A stretch of 64,000 bases of DNA from Entomortierella parvispora E1425 (taxonomy: Eukaryota; Fungi; Mortierellomycota), in the NCBI GenBank assembly GCA_020891255.1, contig BQFW01000005.1:744001-808000 (forward strand). The letters are read 5' to 3'. A model generated the notes under the pieces. That model was not told the origin of the DNA. It saw only the letters and a program-made list of their open reading frames with translations, and did not search any database. The translations under genes and the position numbers were made by a program. This document shows, piece after piece, positions 49,825-63,048 of the stretch (position 1 is its first letter; every line of letters begins with the position of its first letter).

Positions 49825-52162
49825 ATGTCTTTGTCCGACGAAAGACTAAAACCAATCGTGTTTATCATCGGCGCTGGTCTCTCGGGCCTCCTCCTGGCGA
49901 TCCTCCTTGATCGAGCTGATATTCCATTTCGCATCTTTGAGCGAGCATCCTCTGTGAAGCCTCTTGGTAAACAGGCCCTCTTCTCCTCCTCCTCCCACAA
50001 AAGAGCGCAGTGCATGCAGACAGGGTCTTTTCTCCTTTCTGTTATGATGCTCAATCACAATCGCCCTCCTACCTTGCCCCATCCCGCCCACCCTCATTTC
50101 CCAACTTCTCCACAGTCGCTGCAGGAGACGATTGCTGACAGATCTGTCACCCTTCTTTTTTTTGTTTGTTTGTTAGGAAGTGTTATCTCCATCGGACCTA
50201 CAATCCTCCATGTTTTTGATCAACTTGGACTCATGGACGAGATGAACAAGATGTCGTTCCCATGCCCTGGCATCACCCTCTTTGATGGCGATATGAAGAA
50301 GCTGGGAGATGTCAAGACAAAGAGAGAGAAGGACATGTACGTACACTCTCCCACTGTTCCCCTTTCTGGAGAACAGAGAGACAGAGGAAAGATCATCGAT
50401 TTTTGGGATCGACCAACTGTCCACTCAACCTTCTCCGTTTTGCTCGTCTTCTTTTTTTTATATATAGCACCGGTTATGAAAGTCTTGTTTTTTCTCGCCC
50501 AGATTTTCATGAGATGATGCTCCGTCAAGTGGCGCCAGAGAACATCTCCTTCAACAAGAAGGTGCTCAAAGTGGTCGAAGAAGAGGACAAGGTCACGATC
50601 CATTGCAGTGACAATACTGCGTATGAATGTGACATTGTGGTCGGCGCTGACGGGGCCTACAGTTCAATTCGTCAAAACATGCAACGAAACTTGAAGGAGA
50701 AGGGCCTCTTGCCCAAGTCCGATGGCGAGAGCTTGATTGCTGGCTACAATTGCATGGTCGGTGTGAGTCTGCCGCTAGACCCGGAAAAATACCCTGTGCT
50801 CAAGGATGACAACGATTGCCACTTTGAGTCCATCATTGGCAGCGAGCGACACACGGTATGTTCATTGAAGGAAGGGGAAAGAGAGAGAGAGATGGAGAGA
50901 GAGAGAGCTTGGTTTTCTGTACCCTCCTGTGGTACATTGCTTGTGTGTGTGAAGAAAGAAAAGGCAAAGCAGGGAAGGGAGTGAAGGGAGCTAACAACTG
51001 GAATTGAGAGCATGTCCCAAAAAAATGTTTATCGTGACGCCCTTCTTCGGGACCAAAAAAAAAAAAGTGGACTCTGGTGCTCACCCAACCCTCCTTTCCC
51101 GCTCCAATGGCTGACTCCCTTTTTTTTTCTTCTCTATCTAGTGGAGCGTGATCGCTGTACCCGGACGCCGTGTTTGCTGGACTTTGATCGTTCAGTTTGA
51201 GAACCCAGAGGTGGCCAAGAGACAGCAGTTCAAAAACTCGGAATGGGGTCCAGAAGCAAATGCGCCCATGATCAAAGAGTTCCAAGGTTTCCGATGCCCG
51301 TATGGCGGTACCGTCGGCGACTTGATCGATGCCACGCCTCCAGAGCTGATCTCAAAGGTGTACCTTGAACACAAGATGTTCAAGACTTGGTTCCATGGAC
51401 GTTCTGTCCTTATTGGAGATGGTAACAGCAAAAAAAAGAGGATCTATGAACTGTGTAATCGCGTGACCGAGAGAGTAAATGGCAATTAACAACTCATGTT
51501 TTACTTTCGACTCTATCCCCTAGCTTGCCACAAGTTGCTACCAGTATGGAAGACATCCCGTTTCGAACCATAGGACCATTGACAGGAAAAAAAAAAGTCT
51601 TGAAACTCACTATGTCTCTTGTCTCTCTTTTTTTAGGCCTTGGGTCAAGGAGCTGTCAATGCATTGCAAGGTAAATATACATGGGCCGCTCCAATTTTTC
51701 AAACTCAAGTGCCAAACGTCCCTTATTTATTTACACATGTTGCCTCACTATATACACATGCACACAGACGCCACAATTCTCGCCAATTGCCTTTATGATC
51801 TCGAAGACAACTCCCAGAAGAGCATCACAGCTGCCTTCCAGAGCTACTACAAACAGCGTTATGACTTTGCCAAGGAGGCCTATGATATGAGCGAGGTGGC
51901 TGCCAAGGTAATCAATGGTCAAAAATGGCACGATCGTCTTGTCCGGAATATCATGTTCAACTACTTGCCAGACTGGGTCCAACAATACTCGCACGAGAAA
52001 CGGTTCTTGTACCGGCCTCAGGCCACGTTCTTGCCCCTGGTTCCTTACAAGGGTACTGGTCGTGTCTTGCCCCAATTGCCTTCCAAGAGATATACCAAAG
52101 AGCAAGAGGCGAAGAAGACAGAACAAAATGCACCAGACGCTGGAAAGGCCGTAGTTGTTTGA
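49825..52162 (+). CDS. Group A FAD-dependent monooxygenase, paralogue C
   Basis: GAGLSG, ADGAYS, GD-ACHKLLP-ALGQGAVNALQ-DATILANCLYDL and YRPQATFLP. Confidence 0.9.
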
Positions 52163-52678
52163 AGATCATTTGGGGAGCATAGGTCCATGCAATAAAATAT
52201 ACGAACCCCCCCGCGGCCAAAAGAATGTGCCCCAAATTCGAATTCATTTTCATAACCTTCATTCAACAAGAACAGTCAAGAGATGGCTGTTCTATGCAGA
52301 GAGTATGTGAGCAGTCTTACGAAAGACGCGCCGAGGTGACATATTCCCTGCCCTGTATGTCTGCTCGTAGACTATGTTTTGCTCGAATGTTGCTGGACAG
52401 AGGGTAACAAACAGGAATCCAGCAGGACTCAACAAGAAGCAAAAGAAGCGAAAGGGTCACAAAGCGTGGATTCTCCGCCAGCGTCCCGCTCACTCAGAAT
52501 TGCTCTCAAACAAAAAACTTTGTCGGGTTGACGGTCTTCCCTCTTGATTGCTCCAAAGTTCTTTTTCTTTCTTTATCCTCTCCTCCTCTTGTTGTTCCAC
52601 GCCCATCTCGTCACGCCCATCCTCCCTCCCATACCCCCGTCCTTCTATCACCTCTTTTCAATCTTCAATACCGCATCC

Positions 52679-54679
52679 ATGTCTTCACCAGAAAGAGATT
52701 CACCAATAGTTCTTATCGTGGGTGCTGGTTTGAGCGGCCTGTTGTTGGCCCAACTTCTGGAGCGAGCAAACATCGAGTATCATGTGTACGAACGCGCATC
52801 CAAGGTCAAGCCCCTTGGAGCAGCTATGACCCTTGGACCCAGCATTCTCCCAGTCTTTGAACAACTCGGTCTCCTGGAGGACCTGAAGAAAGTGTCGTAC
52901 GAGGTCAAGGCGTTTGTTCTGCGTGATGAGAACACCAAGATCATCGGATCCATGGCCTTGAACGGTCAAAAAGAGATGTAGGTGGAGTCAAAGTAGTCTA
53001 TGTTCTTTGAACCCCTCTACACCACTATTATGGGCCAACATGAACCTCATACTAATATGTGCATCTCCAAAAAAAAAAAAAAAAAAAACGACAGCTCAGG
53101 ATATGAGGGACAGCTGTTTGCCCGTCCAGCTTTGTACGACTTGATGTTGAGCCGAATTCCAACAAAGAAAATCACTTTGGGCAAAAAAATCCTCAGGATC
53201 GAGGAGAAGGACAACAAGGTGACCATCCACTGCGCCGACAACTGCACCCACACTGGCGACATCCTTGTTGGCGCCGATGGTGCTTACAGCACAGTTCGAA
53301 AGAGCATTTACGATGAAATGGCCAGCAAAAGACTCCTCCCAAAGTCCGACTCGGAAGATCTCGAGGCTGGTTACACAACTCTTGTGGGTGTTACCTCGAC
53401 TCTGGACCTGGAGAAATATCCTATGCTTGCTGAGGGAAGCTGCAGCAGCGAATTCATGGGAGGCAATGGCCGAAGTGTAAGAATCGTCGCAGAGATTCAA
53501 ACATTGGCGGATCCAAGAAAAAAAGACACTCACAGATTTTTCTTTTTGATTGTTCTCACGGGTAGTGGGTTTTGATGGCAGTGCCGGGCAACAGGATCGC
53601 ATGGGCTTGCAGTCTCCAGTTCCAGAACGTGGAAGAGGCCAAGCGTCACAAGTTCAGCAACGCCGAGTGGGGACCTGAGGCGAATGCAGCCATGATCAAA
53701 GAGTTTCACCACCTTCCAATCCCATACTCCGGAGGCAAAATGGGCGACTTGATCGATCTCACCCCGCCCGATATGATCTCGAAGGTGTACCTTGAACACA
53801 AGATGTTCGAGACCTGGTACTACAAGCGAAGTGTTCTCGTTGGCGATGGTAAGCAGCTGCACCGAAGAATGCAAGGTCTGATTGTTGTTGCTGCTCTTTC
53901 TAACGGCTCACTTTTTGCCTTTTATCCGCATGTTCTCGCTTTCGTACTCCCTCCTTCAGCGTGCCACAAGGTAAATCAAATACCCTGGCAAGATAAACCT
54001 GTTCTTTGTGCTGAAATAAGTCCCTAACAGCTTCATTTTTTTTTTTTTTTTTTTTGTTGTGTGTTTAAATTATATCAGATGTTGCCTGCAGCTGGACAAG
54101 GTAAGCCTAATCTTCATTTTGAGTGGACGATACGAACAACTGTCAATACAAAGCACAACAGGTTCTTCAGCATCTAGTCTAACAATATTCTCATCCCTTT
54201 GTTCTAGGTGCTGTTAATGCCATGCAAGGTAAAAATACATAGACAACCCCGAGTGCCAATTCTCAATGTCAAATTTCTTGCATTTATTCAAACAAGTTGT
54301 TCCTGTAGATGCCGTGATTCTTGCCAATTGCCTCTACGACCTCAAGAATAACACTCAGGAAAGCATCACCGAGGCTTTTAAGAGTTACCGTGCGCAGCGC
54401 TGGCACCATGCCCGCGAACAGTATGATAACAGCAAGTTCCTTGCCAAGGTTGTCGGTGGCCTCTCTTGGAGCGAACGCCTTGTCCGGACCATTTTCCTCC
54501 ACTTGCCAAAGTGGGTTGTAGACAAGAACAACGAAAAGATGTGCTCGTACCGTCCGCAGGCGACATTTTTGCCTATGGCGCCTTTTCATGGCACGGGTGC
54601 TGTTCTTCCCCAGCTGCCCTCTGTGAGATATACCAGGGAGCAGGAGGAGAAGAAGAAAGCGGGCGGTGTTGTTGTGTAG
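52679..54679 (+). CDS. Group A FAD-dependent monooxygenase, paralogue D
   Basis: Same motifs. The GD region is split into 11-, 22- and 21-nt micro-exons, and the first intron found in the other paralogues is absent. Confidence 0.9.
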
Positions 54680-55696
54680 GACCAATAAACGGTTAGATCC
54701 ACCACCTTTCTCTAGAATGCTTTCAATGCGCCCTTACTTGAGCGCGCCTCGGACGTGTTCATCTCGCTAGTCTGGACACGGAACATCACAATCTCTGTTC
54801 AGTTGGTCGGTTGGCGTGGAATACTCTCTACTTTGGAGGAGGAGGACCGGTTTGCGTTCCTTTCTTTCTATTTTTTTTTTTTTTTTTTTTTTTTTGTTTG
54901 TATATTATCTGGCTATTGTGTGCAACAGAGCCACGTGCGAAAGTGGGGCTGTAAAATCTTGGTCATACATTCGTGCAGCACAAGGAAGATCAGCTCCTTC
55001 TCCGCATTTCTGCTCGCAAAAAAGAGGTCAACACCCAGAAAAGATGACATTAGGTACCTCGTACGTTAACGATGGGCTGCTTGACAAGATCACCAGCAGG
55101 TCCAAGGTAGTCTGCAGGGAAGGGAGGAGAGGCGAGGGACAAAACAAGAGAAACAAACAATAAACAGACGGTAAACAGGTTGAGATTGCGAGAGACATGG
55201 TTGCGGGATACGGAATACATGCCGAGAAAAAGAGAGGGAGGGAGGGAAAGAGGGAAAGAGCATCTACCCTCTCTGTCATTGTCATTGTCGGTGTTTGTGC
55301 TCTCAAGGGCCATTTGTTTTCGTCTCGCGATCGTCACTTGTTGCTTCTTGAAATTCCAACAGACGGAAATCAACCTTGTCCGCTTCTGGAGACAAGCTGG
55401 TCAAAGTGCTCTCAAACTTAGTCTGGCTGTCTTTTTTTTTTTTTTCCTTCTTTTTTTTTTGTCATGGGCACTAGCGGAGGGGAATCACCGCCGAAGAGAA
55501 CAGGATCGGATGCAAGATTCGTTCTTTCCTTCCGCTGCCTCTTTTTTACTTTTCTCTTTCCCACCACTCTTGGCTCACCCCCACCCTGCGTCTGATCCCA
55601 TTTACCTTTGTGCCCCTCTTCATCTTCTTGTTCCCAGTCAGCACTTGCATACCTCTTTCGCCACCTCTCATCATCCATATACTCTAGAGTGCACGA

Positions 55697-57776
55697 ATGG
55701 CCACTGAACAAAAAGAGTCACCATTGGTGATTATTTGCGGAGCAGGACTGGGAGGACTGTTGTTGGGACAGCTCCTCGACCGAGCTGGCATCCAGTATCA
55801 CATCTTTGAGCGAGCTTCCAAAGTCAGACCTCTTGGGTACGCTTGAGATACCATGCACGATGATTGATCGGATCTGCTTCATGCATTGAAGAAAACGGGA
55901 TTGTGACACGACACTGACTCTTTCGTGCTACCTTTGTGCATGTCCCCCTCGTTGCCCTACCACAAAAGAGCCGCCATGACCCTTGGACCTACCATCCTTC
56001 CAGTCTTTGAGCAGCTGGGAATGCTGGAGGAACTCCAGCGCTTCTCGCTTAATGTCAAGCCGTTCGTCTTGCGCAATGAAAAGATGAAGATTCATGGAAC
56101 CGTAGGACTGAACGGTGAAAAGGAGGTGTAAGTAAAAGTACTTCCTAGCTCTTCTCCTTTCCTCTCTCATCCTCGCACTGGGAGCAATGCGGGATCAAAG
56201 GACTAACCAATTGCCCTCTTGCCTCCTCTCACAATTGATCACGGTCTATAGTGCTGGGTACAATGGACAACTTTTTGCTCGGCCAGAGCTGTTTGATCTC
56301 CTCTTGAGTCGCATTCCTCCCAGCAAGATCAGTTTGGGCAAGAAAGTTCTCAGAGTAGAAGAGAAGGACGACAAGGTCATCATTCATTGCTCGGATGGTT
56401 CAGCCTACAGGGGAGACATTCTGGTCGGAGCCGACGGCGCCTATAGTGCAGTTCGCCAAAATATATACCGCGACATGAAGGAAGCCGGCGTGCTGCCGAA
56501 GGCGGACAGTGAGGATCTGGTTGCAGGGTACACTTGTATAGTAGGAGTGACGGATCCGCTTGATCTGGAGAAGTACCCGATGCTCAAGAGTCCCGATTGC
56601 AACAGCGAGTTTATGGGAGTCGAGTCTCGCAGTGTAAGTGCAACTTGTGCAAATTTGCTCGACTGTGTGTTTTCTATCAAAAATTTATTATAATTTGTAC
56701 TCGATCTGTCTTTTGACCAGTTTGCTCGTGATGGTGCTCTGTAGTGGGTGTTGATGTCGATCCCCAACGGTAGAGTCGCTTGGGCCTGTAGTTCACAGTT
56801 CCAGAGTGTGGTTGAGGCAAAGAAGCAGATGTTTATGAACTCTGAGTGGGGACCCGAGGCGAATGCTCCAATGATCAAAGAATATGAGGATTATCCGATC
56901 CCGTACGGGGGCACCATGCGTGATTTATTTGAAAAGACGCCGATGGAGAGAATCTCAAAAGTGTACCTTGAGCACAAAATGTTCCAGACATGGCATTACA
57001 AGCGATCTGTCCTCATTGGCGATGGTAAAACAAATCATGTCTTCTTGTTGTTCCTTCAAGACGTTCGCTTTCTAGTTTTGCATCTGAAACCATGGCTCTA
57101 ACCCGACCATTGCATTGCGGGTCTCCCACGTCGTGTTATTTAGCTTGCCACAAGTTGCTCCCCGCGGGCGGACAAGGTGAGTTCGAATGTAGTTTGCTTG
57201 TTTTGGATGTACCTTTGTTTGGTCTGGCCCACTCTAACTGACTACTCTCCGTCATTGATGTTGTAGGCGCCGTCAACTCTTTGCAAGATGCCGTGATTCT
57301 CGCCAATTGCTTGTACGATCTCAAGGACAATACCCAAAAGAGCATCACGGCCGCCTTCCAGAGCTACTTTAACCAAAGGTACCAGGAATGAAAAGTGGCG
57401 ACAAGGGACTGGCAATGGCCGGGGACACTCTAACTAACTTGGCTCATTTAATTTCTTGATCTATTTGAACATTCGTCTCAGATACTCGCACGCTAAAGGC
57501 CAGTACGAGACCAGCAAGCTTCTGGCCAAGGTGGTGGGCGGACTCAATTGGAGCGAGCGATTGATCCGAACCATCTTCCTTCACTATTTGCCTCAGACGA
57601 TTGTAAAGAACAACTTGAAAAAGGTCTCTGCTTACAGACCTCAAGTGACGTTCTTGCCCATGGTCCCTTTCCGCGGTACGGGTAACGTGCTTCCTCAGCT
57701 ACCCTCTGTCCGATACCAAAGAGAGCTGGATGAGAAGAAGAAGCAAGAGCAACAGGATGCTGCCGTCACAATCTAA
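55697..57776 (+). CDS. Group A FAD-dependent monooxygenase, paralogue E
   Basis: GAGLGG, ADGAYS, GD-ACHKLLPAGGQ-GAVNSLQDAVILANCLYDL and YRPQVTFLP. Confidence 0.9.
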
Positions 57777-58524
57777 TAGCGAACCTTTGCAAGTTTGGAG
57801 CGAGGCCCACACACTCGCCCATCTAATACCAGGAAAGATGATTCCCCACCTCTTCTTTACTTTCCAAACAGAATAATAAAACGGAGAAATTCCCCATTCC
57901 CCATGGCATCTTACATAACTTGGACCCTTGGTGTCCATCGCCTGATGAATTCTTGGTCATCGATCGATCGGTTTGGACAAAACGTAAATACCTTTTCTAA
58001 CTTACCGTGCACCAAAAAAAGAAAAAAAAAGAAGACTAGCAACAAATGGCGTCCATTCCAAGCCCCGAGAGCTTTTTCGAGCAAGAGACAAAGAGACCAA
58101 AGAGTGCCGTTTAATCTGCATGGGCGACACAAACAATTTGCTGATGCATCTGAAATGAGACCGGCTCTCCTGTTCGGCTGAACGTTGAGGTGAGAGCCAA
58201 GGGTAACACACGTGCCCAGGGGCAGGAAACAGGAAGATTGCCGCCCAGGCCCGACATGCTCCCATGCCATCATTCACCGATAGCCAATTTGGTTGGGTCC
58301 AATGGTGATTGCTCATCAACTGTTTGTTCTACTTTTTTTTTTTAAAAAAAATGTTGTTTCTCGTCCTCCTTCTCTTTGGCCTGTTTTTTCCTTGGCGCCC
58401 CTCTCTCTCTTTCTTTCTTCCTTTATTCTCCACAACCCCTCTTCCTTTCCCAGCATTTCATCGTCTAATCAAAACATTCCCGAACATCTAAAAAAATTCA
58501 TTGAAATCGCTTGGCTCTCTCGAA

Positions 58525-60695
58525 ATGGATTTTGAGGTTCGACGGTCACCAGTGGTGCTCATCTCTGGGGGAGGCCTTGGAGGACTCCTCTTGGGCATTC
58601 TCCTTGAACGGGCTGGTATCCAGTACCACATCTTTGAAAGGGCGTCCATCATCAAACCCCTCGGTATGAGCAACTGGAAGGGTGGAGTCTGAAAGCTCTT
58701 GAAACGTGGACAAACAGGGATCTCTTCGATTTTCTCACATTCAAAAGGCGGAAACTTATAGGCTCTGTCATGGTCCTGGGATCCACAATTCTCCCAGTCT
58801 TTGAGCAGCTTGGTCTTCTAGAGGATCTCGAACGATTTGCAGTTCCTTTCAAATCTACAACGTTGCACAGCGAGAAAACAGACGGAAAGCTAAAACAACT
58901 GGCCATCCTGGGAATGAAAAACGAGAAGGACATGTAAGGACAATCCTAACAGGGTTACAAAAACAAAAAAGTGGGACAGATTGTTCGTGAAGGAATCACT
59001 CCCACTCTTGTATAAGCTCCCTGGCCCATGGGCACTAATCGTCCCTCTTTCTCTTTTGCGACAACGACAACAACAGTGCAGGGTACCAAAGCCAGACGTT
59101 TGTTCGCCATCAGCTGTATAATTTGCTGCTGAGTCGTATCCCTCCCGAGAACATTACGTTGGGGAAAAAAGTACTCAAGGTGGTGGAAAGGGACGATAGG
59201 ATCATGATCTATTGCTCGGACAAGTCAGCTTATGTAGGGGACATCCTCGTAGGTGCAGATGGCTCCTACAGCGCCATAAGGCAATGCATATACAGGGAGA
59301 TGGCCAAGGAAAAACTCTTGCCCAAGGCCGATGCAGAGGATCTGGTAGCTGGTTACACCTGTATGGTTGGAGCGACTACCAGGTTGGATGTAGAAAAGTA
59401 CCCGAAGTTAATAGGAGACCATTGTCAGAGCGAGGCGGTCCTCGGATGTGAATCTCGAAGTGTAAGCTTTATCCTTTGCTTTCTTTTTCCACGCAGCCGT
59501 CGATTTACATGAATTGAACTCTATGCATTTTATCCTTTCTAGTGGAGCTGTTGGGGCATCTCTGACCACAGGATATGCTGGAGCCTCAAAGTTCAATACA
59601 AAACATTGGAGGAAGCCAAGAGACAAATGTTCATGTCTTCCTCGTGGCATTCTGGATCACACCCAGCTATGATCAAGGAGTTCGAAAACCTGCCTTGTCC
59701 TCTTGGAGGCACTCTCGGTGACTTGTTCGAAATGACACCCAAGGGAACCATTTCCAAGGTCTATCTTGAACACAAGATGTATACGACCTGGTACTACAAG
59801 CGCTCTGTTCTCCTCGGTGACGGTAAGATCATCAGCTCTGGGATGGCTCTTGGTAACTGAGGTTCCAGGCGACACATGCTGACGGGGCGGTGTCCATTAT
59901 TTCTCATTCTTTTCTAGCTTGTCACAAGATGTTGCCAGCCGCCGGCCAAGGTCAGTTCCATCTCCATCCTTTTGAACCTGAACATCCTTCCTGTTTTTGC
60001 CTGGACTTTACAGAGACTAACCACGACTTTGATATAGGAGCTGTCAACGCACTGCAAGGTAAAATATACGTGGACAAAACCAATTTCTGAATGCCAAATG
60101 CCGAGCCTTTTACTCACAGAAGCTGCCTCATTGTAAACACACACAGACGCCGTCATCCTCGCCAATTGTCTGTATGATCTGGAGGATGTCTCCCAAGAGA
60201 GTGTCACGGCAGCTTTTAAGAGATATTATGACCAACGATATACGCACGCCAAAACTCAATTCGAGAACAGTGAGCTGGCAGCAAAGATAACCACGGGATT
60301 GGTACGAAGTTGACAGAACATCCATAGGAAGGAACATGCAAAAAAAAAAAAAAAAAAAATCGCGCCTCAGCAGCAACAACTAATGTTCTTCTTTACCCTC
60401 TCTTTAGAATTGGACGGACAGATGGACACGCACCCTGTACCTGAATCTCTTGCCACCATCAGCACAGCAGGGCATTTTTGCCAAGACAACAACATACCAA
60501 CCCCAAGTCGCGTTCTTGCCCTTGGTTCCTTTTCGAGGGACAGGAACGGTGCTCCCTCAGGTGCCATCGACGAGGTACACTGCAGAGCAAGAGTCCTATG
60601 AGAGGGGAGGTAAAGAAAAAATGAATCGCAGAGCCTCCAAGCTCGAGATTGAATACCCAGCAGACATCTGCTTCCTCCCTCCGCGCCTTCAATAA
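58525..60695 (+). CDS. Group A FAD-dependent monooxygenase, paralogue F (most divergent)
   Basis: GGGLGG, ADGSYS, GD-ACHKMLPAAGQ-GAVNALQ-DAVILANCLYDL and YQPQVAFLP, with an extended C-terminus. Confidence 0.88.
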
Positions 60696-61711
60696 ACCAT
60701 CGCCTGCAAAAACAAGGGCCAATATCACGCACTTCTTTTTTTTTTTTTTTTTTTTTTGGGTGTATTGTTGGATCGACAGAATCCAACTGCCACGAAAAGA
60801 GGAGAGTAAAGGGGGAGAAGGGGTGAGAGAGTTGGCCCGTTGACCACCTTTCATCTTTCGCGCCAGCCCCGATTTTGGATGTAGCTGTGCCATGTTGCGC
60901 AAACGGCCACGATCAGATTTATGGTTCCTTGCCACAGAGGGAGAAACGCCACCCTTTTTTGGTTTTATCTCTTCCATGAGCACATCCATTACTTCATGCA
61001 TTCAGCATTCCTCTCATTCCATCCTCTCATTCCTCCCCTTCTGAAACTATTTGGGATCCTCCTTCACCCGTTCAACCAGGGTACATCAACACTGTCCGTC
61101 TTCTACCCATAAAGCACTCGCAGGTGTCCTGTATATTATCTGACCAAAAGTCTCCGACTTTGGACAGTCTTCACTATCAGCTGCTGTTCTCGATTGTCAG
61201 CACCAGTCAATACAGCAAAGGGCACTATTGTTCGACATTGACGCACCATCACCCAATCTTGCAGCGACTGATGTCGCGTCCGCTGATATCGCATCCACTG
61301 ATTCGTGCTCAGGGTCCCGTGGAGCAATATTCCTACCCTTCGTCAACCTTACACTCATACCCCAACATGAAGTAAAAGTCATACATAGAGTACTCGCCAA
61401 CCGCTCTAACATCAAGGTACAAATGCATGCCCGCCTTAAAGGTAAAGACAACATAACGACAACGAAAACCAACCATTCATCATATGTATAGCAAGCAGGG
61501 GGGAGAAGCGCACCCACAGTACGTGTGAGGTTATTCTACGAAAAGCAGAACTGGTACAGGGGAAAGTAGTATCTGCGGACCTTCTCCTCTGCCCCTCAAT
61601 ATTGCCCTTCTGTCCTTCTGTCCTGTTCTAACCAAAGACATTGGTCAATAGTCGTCTTCTAGGAACTTGCACTAAAAGGTTCGCGGTCTTATCCCCTTCG
61701 TCCGCCTGAGA

Positions 61712-62706
61712 ACTCGGTTAATCTCGGACGATGCCGCAATCCACCTCTGAAGTTTCTGTCTGAATGCAGTACCTACACCTGGATCGACATCCGCCAAGAT
61801 CTCTTCAGAACGATGTCGCACTGGGCGTGCCTAGAACAGCAATAAGTAATCTGCACCGTCTACGTAGGATACTGCTTGCGTACTTGGGTTGCTGGGATCA
61901 GTTGGAGGTAGCGCTAACCTCGACAACACCGACAGGGTAACATGTCCTTCATCTCGCGACAGAGGCGGAGTCGGTCACCTGTTATTACACAGGACAAGAC
62001 CTTACTGTTGGAGCTAACCTTTGCCCGACGAGAAGGGTATCAGTCGACCGGCTGTCCTTTAACGCACAGGGACGGGCGTTAATGTACGGCCATCAACTCG
62101 GCACTATGGCAGTAGGAAGCCTATCCATGAACATGTAAATGGATTTTCAATGTTATGATCAATCCTAATAGTGCATGGGTCTAATTGTATTGATATCTTG
62201 GTATCTTCTAGCATGATGCAGGATTGGCCCGAGAACAAAAGGGTGGAACGGTGGGACACCAATGATCGTATCATCCACGAGAGCTGGCCAGGATCAACAA
62301 CAAGCTGAGAGAGCTGGAGCGCATCTCCACAGACGAAGTGGCTCGCTCCCAGTTCATGAGGATGCATAGCATCATGTCCACCGCTGCATCCAAAGAATCC
62401 TTTAGAACATTCGTGAAAAACAAGAAAGCGATGGACCATCTTGACAGGGTGAGGATTGGGGAGCAGGAGTGGTTGCTTCTGCTGCCCTCTCTGAGAACCG
62501 ATGCATGGCCAGCGGGGTCAAACTTGAAAAAGGGGAGGCTCACGTCGACAGAAGCTTCGACGACTGCAATTATGAGTAGGGGAGAGATGATGATTTTATT
62601 CGGTAGTTTGAACTTGGCCAAAGGGTTTATGAAAGAGTTCAGGACTCAGAGGTGGCTTCATGCCACGACGGTTGCGGTACTCTGTATCGTGAGAAAGGAG
62701 CCATAG
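61712..62706 (+). pseudogene. Degenerate gene with two HNH/His-Me-like motifs, copy 2
   Basis: CYYTGQDL...SVDRLSF...YGH...MNI-MMQD with a conserved intron (62135-62211), then RCMASGVKLEKGEAHVDRSFDDCNY...LFGSLNLAKG. Several 1-nt frameshifts and stops. Confidence 0.6.
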
Positions 62707-63048
62707 GCTAAGGAACTGAATATAGCAAATAAAAACGCCCAGACAAAAAAAAAATGGGAGAATGAGAGAATGAGAACTTAAGACTGTCGACGGTGAACAA
62801 CTTTTTTTGCATGCAGCACCTCTTTCTTTACAGGTATAATCCACATCATTCTTCTCGCTGCTGCTTCTTAGCCTCTTGCTCTAACTGATACCGCTTCGAT
62901 GGCGGTTGCGGGAAGACAGGCCCTGTACCCTTGAACGGGACCATGGGTAAGAATGTAGCCTGGGGTCGGTACTCAAAAGACCTTCTCATCTTGTCCTGGA
63001 GAAACCACTTGGGCAAATAATTGAGAAAAAGATGACGGACCAGCCTCT
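61712..63048. repeat. Copy 2 of ~1.4-kb direct dispersed duplication (partner 15415-16804)
   Basis: See copy 1. Confidence 0.9.

Noticed and set aside
4794-60750. Numerous A/T homopolymer runs of 15-25 nt
   Set aside because: Common in intergenic and intronic DNA here and length-unreliable in assemblies; no specific pattern.
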